A stretch of DNA of 64,000 nt from a virus (lineage: Duplodnaviria; Caudoviricetes): positions 32,001 through 96,000 of the IMG/VR virus record IMGVR_UViG_3300037067_019204; one strand, given 5' to 3'. Positions 1-7,756 of this stretch are shown here, in pieces (within the stretch, counting starts at the first letter, position 1; each line of letters starts with the position of its first letter). Under the pieces are notes generated by a model that saw nothing but the letters and a program-made list of their open reading frames with translations, had not been told where the DNA came from and ran no database searches. The position numbers and the translations under genes are program-made.

Positions 1-128
1 TTATCTAAATGAGTCTTTTGTAAAATTTTCATATCTTCTTTATTAAAAGTGGATATGTAACCCTCTTCGACCAAAAACAACCAACTGATTGAACGTTGTT
101 TTATTACTTTTTTATTATCAATTTTCAT
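1..128 (-). CDS. hypothetical protein, partial (runs off left edge)
   Basis: ATG at 128 overlaps the TGA of the upstream gene (ATGA); open to the window edge (MKIDNKKVIKQRSISWLFLVEEG...). Confidence 0.55.
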   Translation of the reverse strand, partial: MKIDNKKVIKQRSISWLFLVEEGYISTFNKEDMKILQKTHLD

Positions 129-655
129 ATATCATATGCTTTAGTAAGAATAACGAAACCTATTACACACAAAATAACATAACCAAATACTACTAAAGCA
201 CAAAGCCAATCCCATGCTGGCCAAAAATTTTCAAGTGTGTAGCACCCAAAGAATATTGAGAGCATTTCATGAGCCTCACCCTGTTCTTGTGCTGTTATCT
301 GTTGTATTGCAGTTTGATACGCAAAAGACGATTCATCCATTTCACGAATAATTTCAAGCCTATCTCTAAGAGATTTTAAAGCTTTAAGATTAAAATCAAA
401 ACTAGAATTAGGAATTTTAAAAATAATAGCATCATAATCAGAATGCTTCATGTTTTCTAATGCAGAAACAAATTGATCTACATATTCCTGTTTAGCCTTA
501 ATAGTTGAACTTTTATCTGCTAAATCCCAATAACCCCGTATGTTGTTTTGATATGAATAATAATTAGAGACACAACCTTTGATATGAGCACCACAAAACA
601 CACATGCAGATATAACAATAATCCAACCAACTCTTATTAACTTAATATCATTCAT
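125..655 (-). CDS. hypothetical membrane protein
   Basis: ORF 125..694; likelier start ATG 655 after a GAGGT RBS; hydrophobic segments at both ends. Confidence 0.7.
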   Translation of the reverse strand: MNDIKLIRVGWIIVISACVFCGAHIKGCVSNYYSYQNNIRGYWDLADKSSTIKAKQEYVDQFVSALENMKHSDYDAIIFKIPNSSFDFNLKALKSLRDRLEIIREMDESSFAYQTAIQQITAQEQGEAHEMLSIFFGCYTLENFWPAWDWLCALVVFGYVILCVIGFVILTKAYDI

Positions 656-683
656 TTTTTTACCTCTTTTTAAATAAATAATT

Positions 684-854
684 TTATTTACCATGAACAG
701 ATTTAAAACTAGTAGGAACTATAATCGATGCCTTATACATTCGTTTTGCTTGTTTTCCACACTTGCATTCTACAATTTCAGGAAAATTTTCCTGTTCATA
801 TGGTTTTTTATACTCAATTATATTACCACACTCACACTTATAATCTGCTATCAT
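684..854 (-). CDS. small zinc-ribbon protein (FmdB-like), 56 aa, not in ORF track
   Basis: AAGGAG RBS then MIADYKCECGNIIEYKKPYEQENFPEIVECKCGKQAKRMYKASIIVPTSFKSVHGK*; two CxC pairs. Confidence 0.7.
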   Translation of the reverse strand: MIADYKCECGNIIEYKKPYEQENFPEIVECKCGKQAKRMYKASIIVPTSFKSVHGK

Positions 855-866
855 TTATATCTCCTT

Positions 867-2390
867 TTATGCAATATCAATCCTTATATCATGCTTTTTA
901 CAATATTTGTTGATTATGTGCCGATGATCTTTATTCTCAATACTTGTGTTTCTCTTTGCTCGTAATTGAATTACACGATTTTTTCTAATTTCCATATTGT
1001 ATAGTAATTCCCCACATTTTTTATCATATATGCCCAATAGTATGCATTCTTTAGTTCTATATCTATCTGAATAAGAAGCAATACAATTATGCATCATACT
1101 ACCCCAACTAGCTAAATCAGAGGGCTGGTGTGGAACAGTAAACTTTAATTCATCTATATCTTCTTCATATTTATGGAGATCTTCTATCTCATATGGTTTA
1201 TTCCTATCTTTCATCGTTATATAATTCTGTATTTTTGAAAAAGTATCATGCAAATGTTGTGGAGTAAAACATTTTTTTTCTTGTTTTAGTATTTCCATAT
1301 TTTTAAATTCATTATCTTTTTTTATTGTATGATACATCCTAAGTGTATCATAATTATGAGGATAATTCAAAAATGAATTAGATTTTTGTGTATATCCATA
1401 AGATATATCAGGAGACAATGATTCTCGTTTATCATCATCTCTCATTATAAAATCAGCTAATTTATTTTCTGATAATTCTTTTTTAACATCTTTAGCAAAC
1501 ACTTCAAAATGTTCTGGTAATAAAAATAAATTATTAACATGCTCATTATACTCATTACGAGCATTGTAATAATTAAGAATATGTTTTAAAACAGAGGTTT
1601 TTATATCAAGATTATCAAATTGTTTACAAATTATAGGGAGACGATAAAAATCAATTTTTTTGATTGGAGTATCTAATAAATTTCTAACAATAGATTTTTT
1701 GTATGGTAATTCCATAAAGTTAATTAAATCTTTTACAGTAGAAATTTCCATATCTTTAAATATTTCTCTGTGCTTGTCATATTTTAATGAATACAAAAAA
1801 TCAGAACTAAGTTTAAGAATGGGAAAATGATCATAAACCATATAAGCAAAAAATAAATTAACAGGTAATTCTTCCCCAAAAAGATATTCTGATATAGTTT
1901 TATAAATTCTATAGTATTGTTGTTCAAATAATTTAGCATTAGCACCTAATTTATATTTTGTGGCTTTGTATATAAAAGAAATAGGATTATCTACATCAAG
2001 ATAGTCCCAAAATTTAAAAGTTTCACTATCAGAAGATATAAAAGATTCAGGATCAAAAGAAAGAACAGAATTTTTTTCTTTTTTTTCTAGTTCATCTCCT
2101 TTAAATTTAAAGGAACTATTTTTATGAATAATAGAAGCAGATCTTTTATTATTTTCTTCATGTAATTCTAAAATTACTCTTTCAATTTGATCTGAAGCAG
2201 ATATATAAGATGTTGTATTACAATTAGAACAGGAATATAGTTTACTATTAGGAACTAATACTTCTGGAATAAAAAAAGTTTTTTGGCATTCAGTACAATA
2301 TACTGTACTTCCCAAAGAGCTACGTTTATTTCTATTTAAAATAAATAGTGGGATAACTTCTTTATTAACTGGAATAGATTCTATAAGCAT
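867..2390 (-). CDS. PcfJ-like domain protein with N-terminal zinc ribbon
   Basis: C-terminal LHD...VPHQPSDLASWGSMMHNCIASY...NMEIR...IQLRAKRN pattern of PcfJ domains; CTEC and CSNC near the N-terminus. Confidence 0.7.
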   Translation of the reverse strand: MLIESIPVNKEVIPLFILNRNKRSSLGSTVYCTECQKTFFIPEVLVPNSKLYSCSNCNTTSYISASDQIERVILELHEENNKRSASIIHKNSSFKFKGDELEKKEKNSVLSFDPESFISSDSETFKFWDYLDVDNPISFIYKATKYKLGANAKLFEQQYYRIYKTISEYLFGEELPVNLFFAYMVYDHFPILKLSSDFLYSLKYDKHREIFKDMEISTVKDLINFMELPYKKSIVRNLLDTPIKKIDFYRLPIICKQFDNLDIKTSVLKHILNYYNARNEYNEHVNNLFLLPEHFEVFAKDVKKELSENKLADFIMRDDDKRESLSPDISYGYTQKSNSFLNYPHNYDTLRMYHTIKKDNEFKNMEILKQEKKCFTPQHLHDTFSKIQNYITMKDRNKPYEIEDLHKYEEDIDELKFTVPHQPSDLASWGSMMHNCIASYSDRYRTKECILLGIYDKKCGELLYNMEIRKNRVIQLRAKRNTSIENKDHRHIINKYCKKHDIRIDIA

Positions 2391-2396
2391 GTTAAG

Positions 2397-2825
2397 TTAC
2401 ATCATTTCATTTAATAATTCACGAACCTTCATTAAACTAATACCTAATTGATTTCTACCCACACCATTAATTTTTCCCCAATAATTGTCTACTGGGCTTG
2501 CTTCTTCAAGATAAGAATCTCCAGTAGCAATCAATTGTTCGGCAATATCTTTATTTTGCGTAAATTTGCATACTAACGCAAAAAGCATTATTTTATCTTT
2601 AACTTGATCCCAATCTTTTCTTAAAGCAATAATATTACCATTTTGTCTAGATAACTTAGGTGTAGGACTTTTTCTTATAAATTCATGGTCAGATTCTGTT
2701 TTTGCTTTATATGCTTGATAAAAATGTTCTGAGGTTGGATATAATTTACCATTACATATAATTTCAGATTTATAAAAATTAGACATAAATCCAAATTGCT
2801 CATTTGTTTTATAAAATTTTATCAT
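2397..2825 (-). CDS. NADAR (YbiA-like) family protein
   Basis: FMSNFY, YPTSEHFYQAYK, RKDWDQVK..IM, KFTQN, LIATG, EASPVDNYWG, GRNQLG..LMKVR. Confidence 0.92.
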   Translation of the reverse strand: MIKFYKTNEQFGFMSNFYKSEIICNGKLYPTSEHFYQAYKAKTESDHEFIRKSPTPKLSRQNGNIIALRKDWDQVKDKIMLFALVCKFTQNKDIAEQLIATGDSYLEEASPVDNYWGKINGVGRNQLGISLMKVRELLNEMM

Positions 2826-2853
2826 GATATTTAACCCCCTATATTTTATAAAT

Positions 2854-2939
2854 AAAAAAAGAGGTAAAAAGTTTAAATCGTTGTTTTTTAGCTAATTTAG
2901 TTATAGTTGATAAACAATTTAATCCGTACCTCTTTTTTT
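2854..2939 (-). ncRNA. Y RNA-like stem-loop F (downstream of ro60; ends in U tract, may double as terminator)
   Basis: 5'-AAAAAAAGAGGUACGGAUUAAAUUGU UUAUC ...ACGAUUUAAACUUUUUACCUCUUUUUUU-3'; same GGUACGGA stem and UUAUC motif as the upstream copies. Confidence 0.75.
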
Positions 2940-2943
2940 GTTT

Positions 2944-4560
2944 TTATAGTTTTCCCATACTAAATTGACTAATTATTTGTGGTGCGGCACTATCAAATCC
3001 TACTATATCCAATGAATTTGGATCTTGAGGATCTGCTATAGAAAATTCAGACCCAACCATTCCAACAACAATCATTTTAGCATCTTTAATCCTCTGGTTT
3101 CTATACTCATGCAAGGCTTGCATAGGATGCATCTTCCCAAACCAAGTTTCATTATCTGTATATGTAACAAATACATCAAAATCAAGTTTCCTATCTTTTG
3201 CCCATATCATTGGAACAGAGCAATCAGTTCCAGCAAAAGGAAGATTTCTCATTTTTTGAAGAGTTTGTCCCAATGTCATATCTGGAGTTATGTCCAAATT
3301 AACAAAATTTGTAGAAAAACCCATTACTTCATAATTTTGTTCTTTTCTTGCTGTAACCATAGCCATACAAGCACTAGCTTCACGACAAGTTAATATCCCC
3401 TGTGCTCCAGAAATATAACTATTTGTCATTGAACCAGATACATCTAGCCCAAGAAGATAACGTTTTCCTGTAGATTCAACATTTTTAAAACTTAAATAAA
3501 ACATTTCTTCAAGAGCATCCACAATTTTTTGAACAGGAACCCAAGAAAGTTTTCCTTTAATTCCATGACCCATTGAATATGTCTTCATGGCAATCAAGAT
3601 ATTCAAAGGATGCATTCTACTTTTTTCTACATGAGAAAGATCAGTTAATTTTTTTGTAACTAAATTAATCTCATCAAACTTACCTTTTGAAAGAATTTCT
3701 AAAGAGCTTAGTTTTCCGAGATTACGAACCAAAGCTCCTAAAGGCAAATCATCCAAAGCAGAATTCCATACTTTTGCACGATTCTTTAACTCTGTTGGCC
3801 ATGCTTCATGAGGAATCTTATATTCTTTTATAAGCTTGCAAGCATCTTTTTCAGAAGCGTTTTTAAGTTCTTCTACAGCTTTCAAAAGATTAAATCCTTC
3901 AGAAATCTCACCTTTAACTGCATATTTAAACAATGAATTATGCTTATCAGACACAGGTTTTACGTGCGCAGAACGAAGCACATCACGATGTGTCCATTGG
4001 TTATTTGAACCTTCTACAGTACGACCTTGATACTTGATCATTTGATATTCAAGTTTTTCTGGGGACATGCTATACCAATTAGCTATAGCACTACGCACTG
4101 AACGACCCCAACTTCTCATTGAATCCAAGTAATGCACAAACATAAACAAGTGTGTTCCTATACGGCATACTTTAGGAAGTGCTTGAACAATTTCTTTTTT
4201 AACATCAAAATCTTTGCATTGAGTAAACAATACTGCTAACAAATAGATTGCTTGATCATTTTTAGGTGCACGGCCCTCATCAGAAATTTTAACTATTGTT
4301 TCAAGAACACGCTTTGGGTTTTCATTAATACAAGCAATACAGTTTTCTATATTAGCTTTAGTCAAATCATGTTCTGAAACATAATATGTTCCACCCTCTG
4401 AAGAAAGGATAAGAAATCTTTCCAATCTTTTCCATTTGTCAATAATGAAGGTATAACCACCTGCATTATTCATAGCCATTTCTTTTTCACGACCCGGAAT
4501 GGGCTTATATTGAGGTGTTCTCTTGTTATTAATTTGATGTTTTGTGTAATTGATAGCCAT
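2944..4560 (-). CDS. rsr: Ro60/Rsr RNA-binding protein (TROVE + vWA domains)
   Basis: NNAGGYTF...RLERFLILSSEGGTYY, CRIGTHLFMF, KYQGR...WTHRDVLRSAH, ALVRNLGKL, SRMHP; vWA MIDAS LDVSGSM, GTDCSVPM, TDNET, GFDS; AAGGAG RBS at 4568-4573. Confidence 0.96.
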   Translation of the reverse strand: MAINYTKHQINNKRTPQYKPIPGREKEMAMNNAGGYTFIIDKWKRLERFLILSSEGGTYYVSEHDLTKANIENCIACINENPKRVLETIVKISDEGRAPKNDQAIYLLAVLFTQCKDFDVKKEIVQALPKVCRIGTHLFMFVHYLDSMRSWGRSVRSAIANWYSMSPEKLEYQMIKYQGRTVEGSNNQWTHRDVLRSAHVKPVSDKHNSLFKYAVKGEISEGFNLLKAVEELKNASEKDACKLIKEYKIPHEAWPTELKNRAKVWNSALDDLPLGALVRNLGKLSSLEILSKGKFDEINLVTKKLTDLSHVEKSRMHPLNILIAMKTYSMGHGIKGKLSWVPVQKIVDALEEMFYLSFKNVESTGKRYLLGLDVSGSMTNSYISGAQGILTCREASACMAMVTARKEQNYEVMGFSTNFVNLDITPDMTLGQTLQKMRNLPFAGTDCSVPMIWAKDRKLDFDVFVTYTDNETWFGKMHPMQALHEYRNQRIKDAKMIVVGMVGSEFSIADPQDPNSLDIVGFDSAAPQIISQFSMGKL

Positions 4561-4580
4561 AGCTAATCTCCTTTTATAAA

Positions 4581-4649
4581 TTTAGGTCAAGTAGTTGTAA
4601 TGGAATTGCATCACCCAAATGTAGATAACCCATCACGTCCGTACCTAAA
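4581..4649 (-). ncRNA. Y RNA-like stem-loop E
   Basis: 5'-UUUAGGUACGGACGUGAUGGG UUAUC ...CCAUUACAACUACUUGACCUAAA-3'; ends pair; 3' CUUGAC strand as in Y RNAs; immediately upstream of the ro60 RBS. Confidence 0.85.
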
Positions 4650-4655
4650 AACCTA

Positions 4656-4783
4656 TGGCCAAAGAGTTGGACTCGAACCAACGACCCACAGTTTCCAATG
4701 ATAACCCTATTCTCCGTGCATTTCTGCCAAGTTGTTGAAAAGGGAAATACAACTGCTGCTCTACCAACTGAGCTATCTTTGAC
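4656..4783 (-). ncRNA. tRNA-shaped Y RNA D (Ro-binding stem replaces anticodon loop)
   Basis: acceptor GUCAAAGA/UCUUUGGC(CA); D arm GCUC AGUUGGUA GAGC; stem GCAGUU/AACUGU; insert CCCUUUUC AACAA CUUGGCA GAAA UGCACGGA GAAUAGGG UUAUC; T arm GUUGG UUCGAGU CCAAC. Confidence 0.85.
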
Positions 4784-4790
4784 ATGCATA

Positions 4791-4870
4791 TTTGGTAAAT
4801 TTTTTTTGATCAGAAAGTTCTTTTCAGAACAACCAATTTCATGTTGATAACTGATCAAATCCGTACCAAA
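4791..4870 (-). ncRNA. Y RNA-like stem-loop C
   Basis: 5'-UUUGGUACGGAUUUGAUCAG UUAUC ...CUGAUCAAAAAAAAUUUACCAAA-3'. Confidence 0.82.
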
Positions 4871-4873
4871 ATT

Positions 4874-4998
4874 TTCCGTGGGTTGGACTTGAACCAACGA
4901 CCCCTTCCTTACAATGGATAATCCTCTTTCATTCGTACATTACTGTCAAGTGGTGAAAAAGGAACTTTAAGTGCTCTACCAATTGAGCTACCACGGAA
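4874..4998 (-). ncRNA. tRNA-shaped Y RNA B (Ro-binding stem replaces anticodon loop)
   Basis: acceptor UUCCGUGG/CCACGGAA; D arm GCUC AAUUGGUA GAGC; insert UCCUUUUUCA CCA CUUGACA GUAA UGUACGAA UGAAAGAGGA UUAUC; T arm GUUGG UUCAAGU CCAAC. Confidence 0.85.
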
Positions 4999-5007
4999 TA
5001 TATACTA

Positions 5008-5072
5008 CAGGTAAAATTTATACTATTCGGGGGGTATCTCTTGACTTGATAACCGAATAGAATCCGTACCTG
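5008..5072 (-). ncRNA. Y RNA-like stem-loop A
   Basis: 5'-CAGGUACGGAUUCUAUUCGG UUAUC AAGUCAAGAGAUACCCC CCGAAUAGUAUAAAUUUUACCUG-3'. Confidence 0.82.
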
Positions 5073-5080
5073 ATATTTTC

Positions 5081-5109
5081 ATATAATATAAATATTAAAT
5101 ACTTGTCAA
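5081..5109 (-). promoter_or_regulatory. probable promoter of the Y RNA-ro60 operon
   Basis: TTGACA at 5109-5104 followed by AT-rich -10-like sequence (TATTAT/TATATG); spacing imperfect. Confidence 0.5.
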
Positions 5110-5130
5110 CAAAAAAATTATCAATAAAAC

Positions 5131-5165
5131 AAAAAAAGCGGTGGATTTTAAGGCCCACCGCTTTT
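5131..5165 (-). terminator. intrinsic terminator
   Basis: AAAAGCGGTGG-loop-CCACCGCTTTT with U7 on the minus strand. Confidence 0.8.
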
Positions 5166-5284
5166 AATATAAAAATTACGTATATATAAATTCTAACTTC
5201 AACCTGTACGGGAAGCTAGAAATATTCAGGAATTGTATTTAAACTTTCCTGAGTTGTAATGGGTGATGACTTTTTTAAAATCTT
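5131..5284 (-). ncRNA. candidate ~150-nt sRNA
   Basis: bounded by a near-consensus promoter and a terminator; no ATG-initiated ORF on this strand; two internal hairpins. Confidence 0.55.
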
Positions 5285-5290
5285 AATAAG

Positions 5291-5319
5291 ATTATACTAA
5301 TTATTTTTCAAAACGTCAA
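5291..5319 (-). promoter_or_regulatory. sigma70-type promoter
   Basis: TTGACG-17 bp-TATAAT. Confidence 0.75.
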
Positions 5320-5547
5320 CAAAAAATTAAATTTTTTTATCAAAATCAAAAAAATTTTTTGCTAATTTAAAAATTATACTATATGTATTACCTGTTCTAT
5401 TGGTACAATAACTAACAATATTGCCATACTGACCAATTTCATCAGCAATACGATCAACCTCTGGACCAGAACCTAAAAATTTATGGGCTGGTAATAACAC
5501 AACTGCTGTTTTTGAATTTGCGTAAAATGCTTTCATGCATACTATCC

Positions 5548-6471
5548 TTACATCGGCACATTGCCGCGAATTCCAAAGCCCAACATAGAGCTTAATGGTG
5601 TAACACCTGTTTGGCTTACTTGGTTCATAGCAAACCCAACCCATCCCATAGCTGCAAATGGGTAAGATCCAACTCCTATTCCAGCATGATTTGCGTAATT
5701 CCATTTAAGGGCCATTTTATCAGTATTATACTTTGATATAAGACTTTGCATCCATGATGCAATATGACCAACCCTATCATAGGATAAAACCAATCCAGCG
5801 TCAGAGGTTGAAAAGTTAATATCAATCTCTAATATTCCCCACGCATCTAAGCATCTTATTACAGCACCCCTAACAATCAAATCCACAAGATCATAAGGAA
5901 TGCCACAAAAAGTTCTATAGTAAGGATTCATTTGCTTATCTGTAGTAGTATCAGCAAATTGCCACCAATAAGTTGTTGCAGGTGGTTGCCAATTTATCTC
6001 TAAAAGAGAACCCTCAACCATTTGTCGAAGTTCTTCTACTGAAAATTTCTTATCCCAACCACCCGCAAAAGACACAACCCCATTTTCACCTATATAATCT
6101 GAACTAGAAATAGTTACACCCGGATTTGGAAATCTTTTTCTTATTAAATCCACTCGTGTAAGAAGCATTTGAATAATCTCATGCTCAACCCATGTCATTA
6201 TTTTAAATAATCTTGGATCAAATATGGTATAATCAGCTAATGCGGGTTCAGTTCCCGGATAAATTTTTGTATTATCTATAGTTATATTAAAAACATCTTC
6301 ATCCCCAGTAGAGGTTGTTACAGTTCTCCATGAATAATAATCATTCATGCCATAAACACCAGTACTAGTATCATACATAACATAAACAAGTGCATCTTTA
6401 TCAAGTATTTCTTCTGTAGAAAAAGTTACACCTGTTGTTGATTGAGAAACTAAACTTACTAATCGTAACAT
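5548..6471 (-). CDS. putative head completion/neck protein
   Basis: downstream of MCP; DKKFS.EEL...L.EIN..PP, LIVRGAV, FSTSDAGLVLSYDR resemble head-tail adaptor proteins. Confidence 0.5.
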   Translation of the reverse strand: MLRLVSLVSQSTTGVTFSTEEILDKDALVYVMYDTSTGVYGMNDYYSWRTVTTSTGDEDVFNITIDNTKIYPGTEPALADYTIFDPRLFKIMTWVEHEIIQMLLTRVDLIRKRFPNPGVTISSSDYIGENGVVSFAGGWDKKFSVEELRQMVEGSLLEINWQPPATTYWWQFADTTTDKQMNPYYRTFCGIPYDLVDLIVRGAVIRCLDAWGILEIDINFSTSDAGLVLSYDRVGHIASWMQSLISKYNTDKMALKWNYANHAGIGVGSYPFAAMGWVGFAMNQVSQTGVTPLSSMLGFGIRGNVPM

Positions 6472-6481
6472 TATATATAAC

Positions 6482-6853
6482 CTATATATAGTCTATACAA
6501 TAGATAACTAAACCTGCTGTAGTAGTACCAGATTCTGATTTTTGTATCAGTAAATAATCAATTGTTTCAGATTGATACTCAATATCCTGATTAAACAAAG
6601 TTTTACTTGAAAAAGAATCACCATTAGCAACACCAATTCCAATAAACACAGTTCCTGTCGAAGTTATTCTATATTCATGGATTTCATTTTTATTCAAAAA
6701 GTTAATTTCTATTGCTTTTCCAGTAGAATTTTTGAAAAAAACTTGTTGGGGAGTGGATCTTCCACCCAAAGAACTAATTACACCACAATCAATCATAATT
6801 TGATTATTAGTATCAAGTTCTGTTGTTGTAATAGTTATTTTTTTATTTTTCAA
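6482..6853 (-). CDS. hypothetical virion-region protein
   Basis: 123-aa ORF, TTG start after AGGAG. Confidence 0.6.
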   Translation of the reverse strand: MKNKKITITTTELDTNNQIMIDCGVISSLGGRSTPQQVFFKNSTGKAIEINFLNKNEIHEYRITSTGTVFIGIGVANGDSFSSKTLFNQDIEYQSETIDYLLIQKSESGTTTAGLVIYCIDYI

Positions 6854-6877
6854 GTACTATTCTCCTAAATCATAAAG

Positions 6878-7756
6878 TTATCTAATGGATTTTTTTTCCA
6901 AAAGAGCTGTCCTTATATTGTTATAATTAACAACCACAGGATTACTAATTATATAATCTAATTCTTCATTATTTAAATCTGCATTTACTGCCCAATCAAC
7001 AAATTCTTCAGATGTCCATCCCAAATGAGCATTTATTGGATCAGTGGAAAGCCTTAATTTTTCCAATTTACTCAAAATCATTGGACGAATTCGTGGAGTT
7101 TGAGGTTGCGCAACCCTTTGTTGAGTAACAGCATTCATAGTTTGAGTTGTTTGCTGTTGCTGTTGTGCTGCCATAGATGCCGCAGCCATATTCTCTCTTT
7201 CCCTTTCAATAATTTTCTTACTTTGAAGTCTTTTCTTTTTTTCTTCATAGTATTCTTCTGGAGTAAGTCGTTTCAAAAGAGGACGTTCTGAATATTCATC
7301 ACAAGCTGCTCTTAAATCTCTCAAACTTTTAAGCTCTTCAAGAGTTCGATCTTTAAGTAAATCTACACAATCTCCTACACGTATTACAATATCAGGATCA
7401 TTTTCTTTCAATCCTTTTACAGTAACATGACCATTAGAAATATTTTTTATATAAAATGTCTCATTGCCAAGATCATCATTAAAAATACCAGTTCTTTTAG
7501 GACTAGTATTAATTGCTTGAGATTCACCAAGTGCTATTTCCAATTCTTCAATTTTAGAAGAAATTCCTTGTTTGGACACAGAAATAGGAGTCATCTCTTC
7601 TCCTTGCGCATTTACTATAACAGTTTTTGGTATTGATTGTATAGGTTGTGCGGGTTGTATTGGTGGCATGATATGTTCTGTTGTATCAAAACCTGCTTTT
7701 TCATTTTGATTTTGCAATTTAGCAAAAAGTTGTTGTTGTTGTGGATTTAAATTCAT
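6878..7756 (-). CDS. hypothetical protein (Q-rich)
   Basis: 292-aa ORF with AAGGAG RBS. Confidence 0.7.
   Translation of the reverse strand: MNLNPQQQQLFAKLQNQNEKAGFDTTEHIMPPIQPAQPIQSIPKTVIVNAQGEEMTPISVSKQGISSKIEELEIALGESQAINTSPKRTGIFNDDLGNETFYIKNISNGHVTVKGLKENDPDIVIRVGDCVDLLKDRTLEELKSLRDLRAACDEYSERPLLKRLTPEEYYEEKKKRLQSKKIIERERENMAAASMAAQQQQQTTQTMNAVTQQRVAQPQTPRIRPMILSKLEKLRLSTDPINAHLGWTSEEFVDWAVNADLNNEELDYIISNPVVVNYNNIRTALLEKKSIR

Noticed and set aside
4574-4897. 107-aa minus-strand ORF upstream of ro60
   Set aside because: It runs through the structured RNA units, lacks an RBS and has no protein-like features; the RNA structure explains the sequence better
4656-4998. B and D as ordinary or intron-containing tRNA genes
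   Set aside because: No 7-nt anticodon loop can be rebuilt, there is no bulge-helix-bulge, and the inserts are too short for group I introns; they carry the same Ro-stem and UUAUC motifs as neighbouring units
4581-5072. CRISPR array suggested by recurring GATAA...TCCGTACC
   Set aside because: The repeats are short, degenerate, irregularly spaced and pair with distal strands; no cas genes are in the window
5327-5704. 125-aa minus-strand ORF
   Set aside because: Overlaps the neck gene out of frame for about 157 nt and has no clear RBS; a shorter ORF from about 5538 is possible but unsupported
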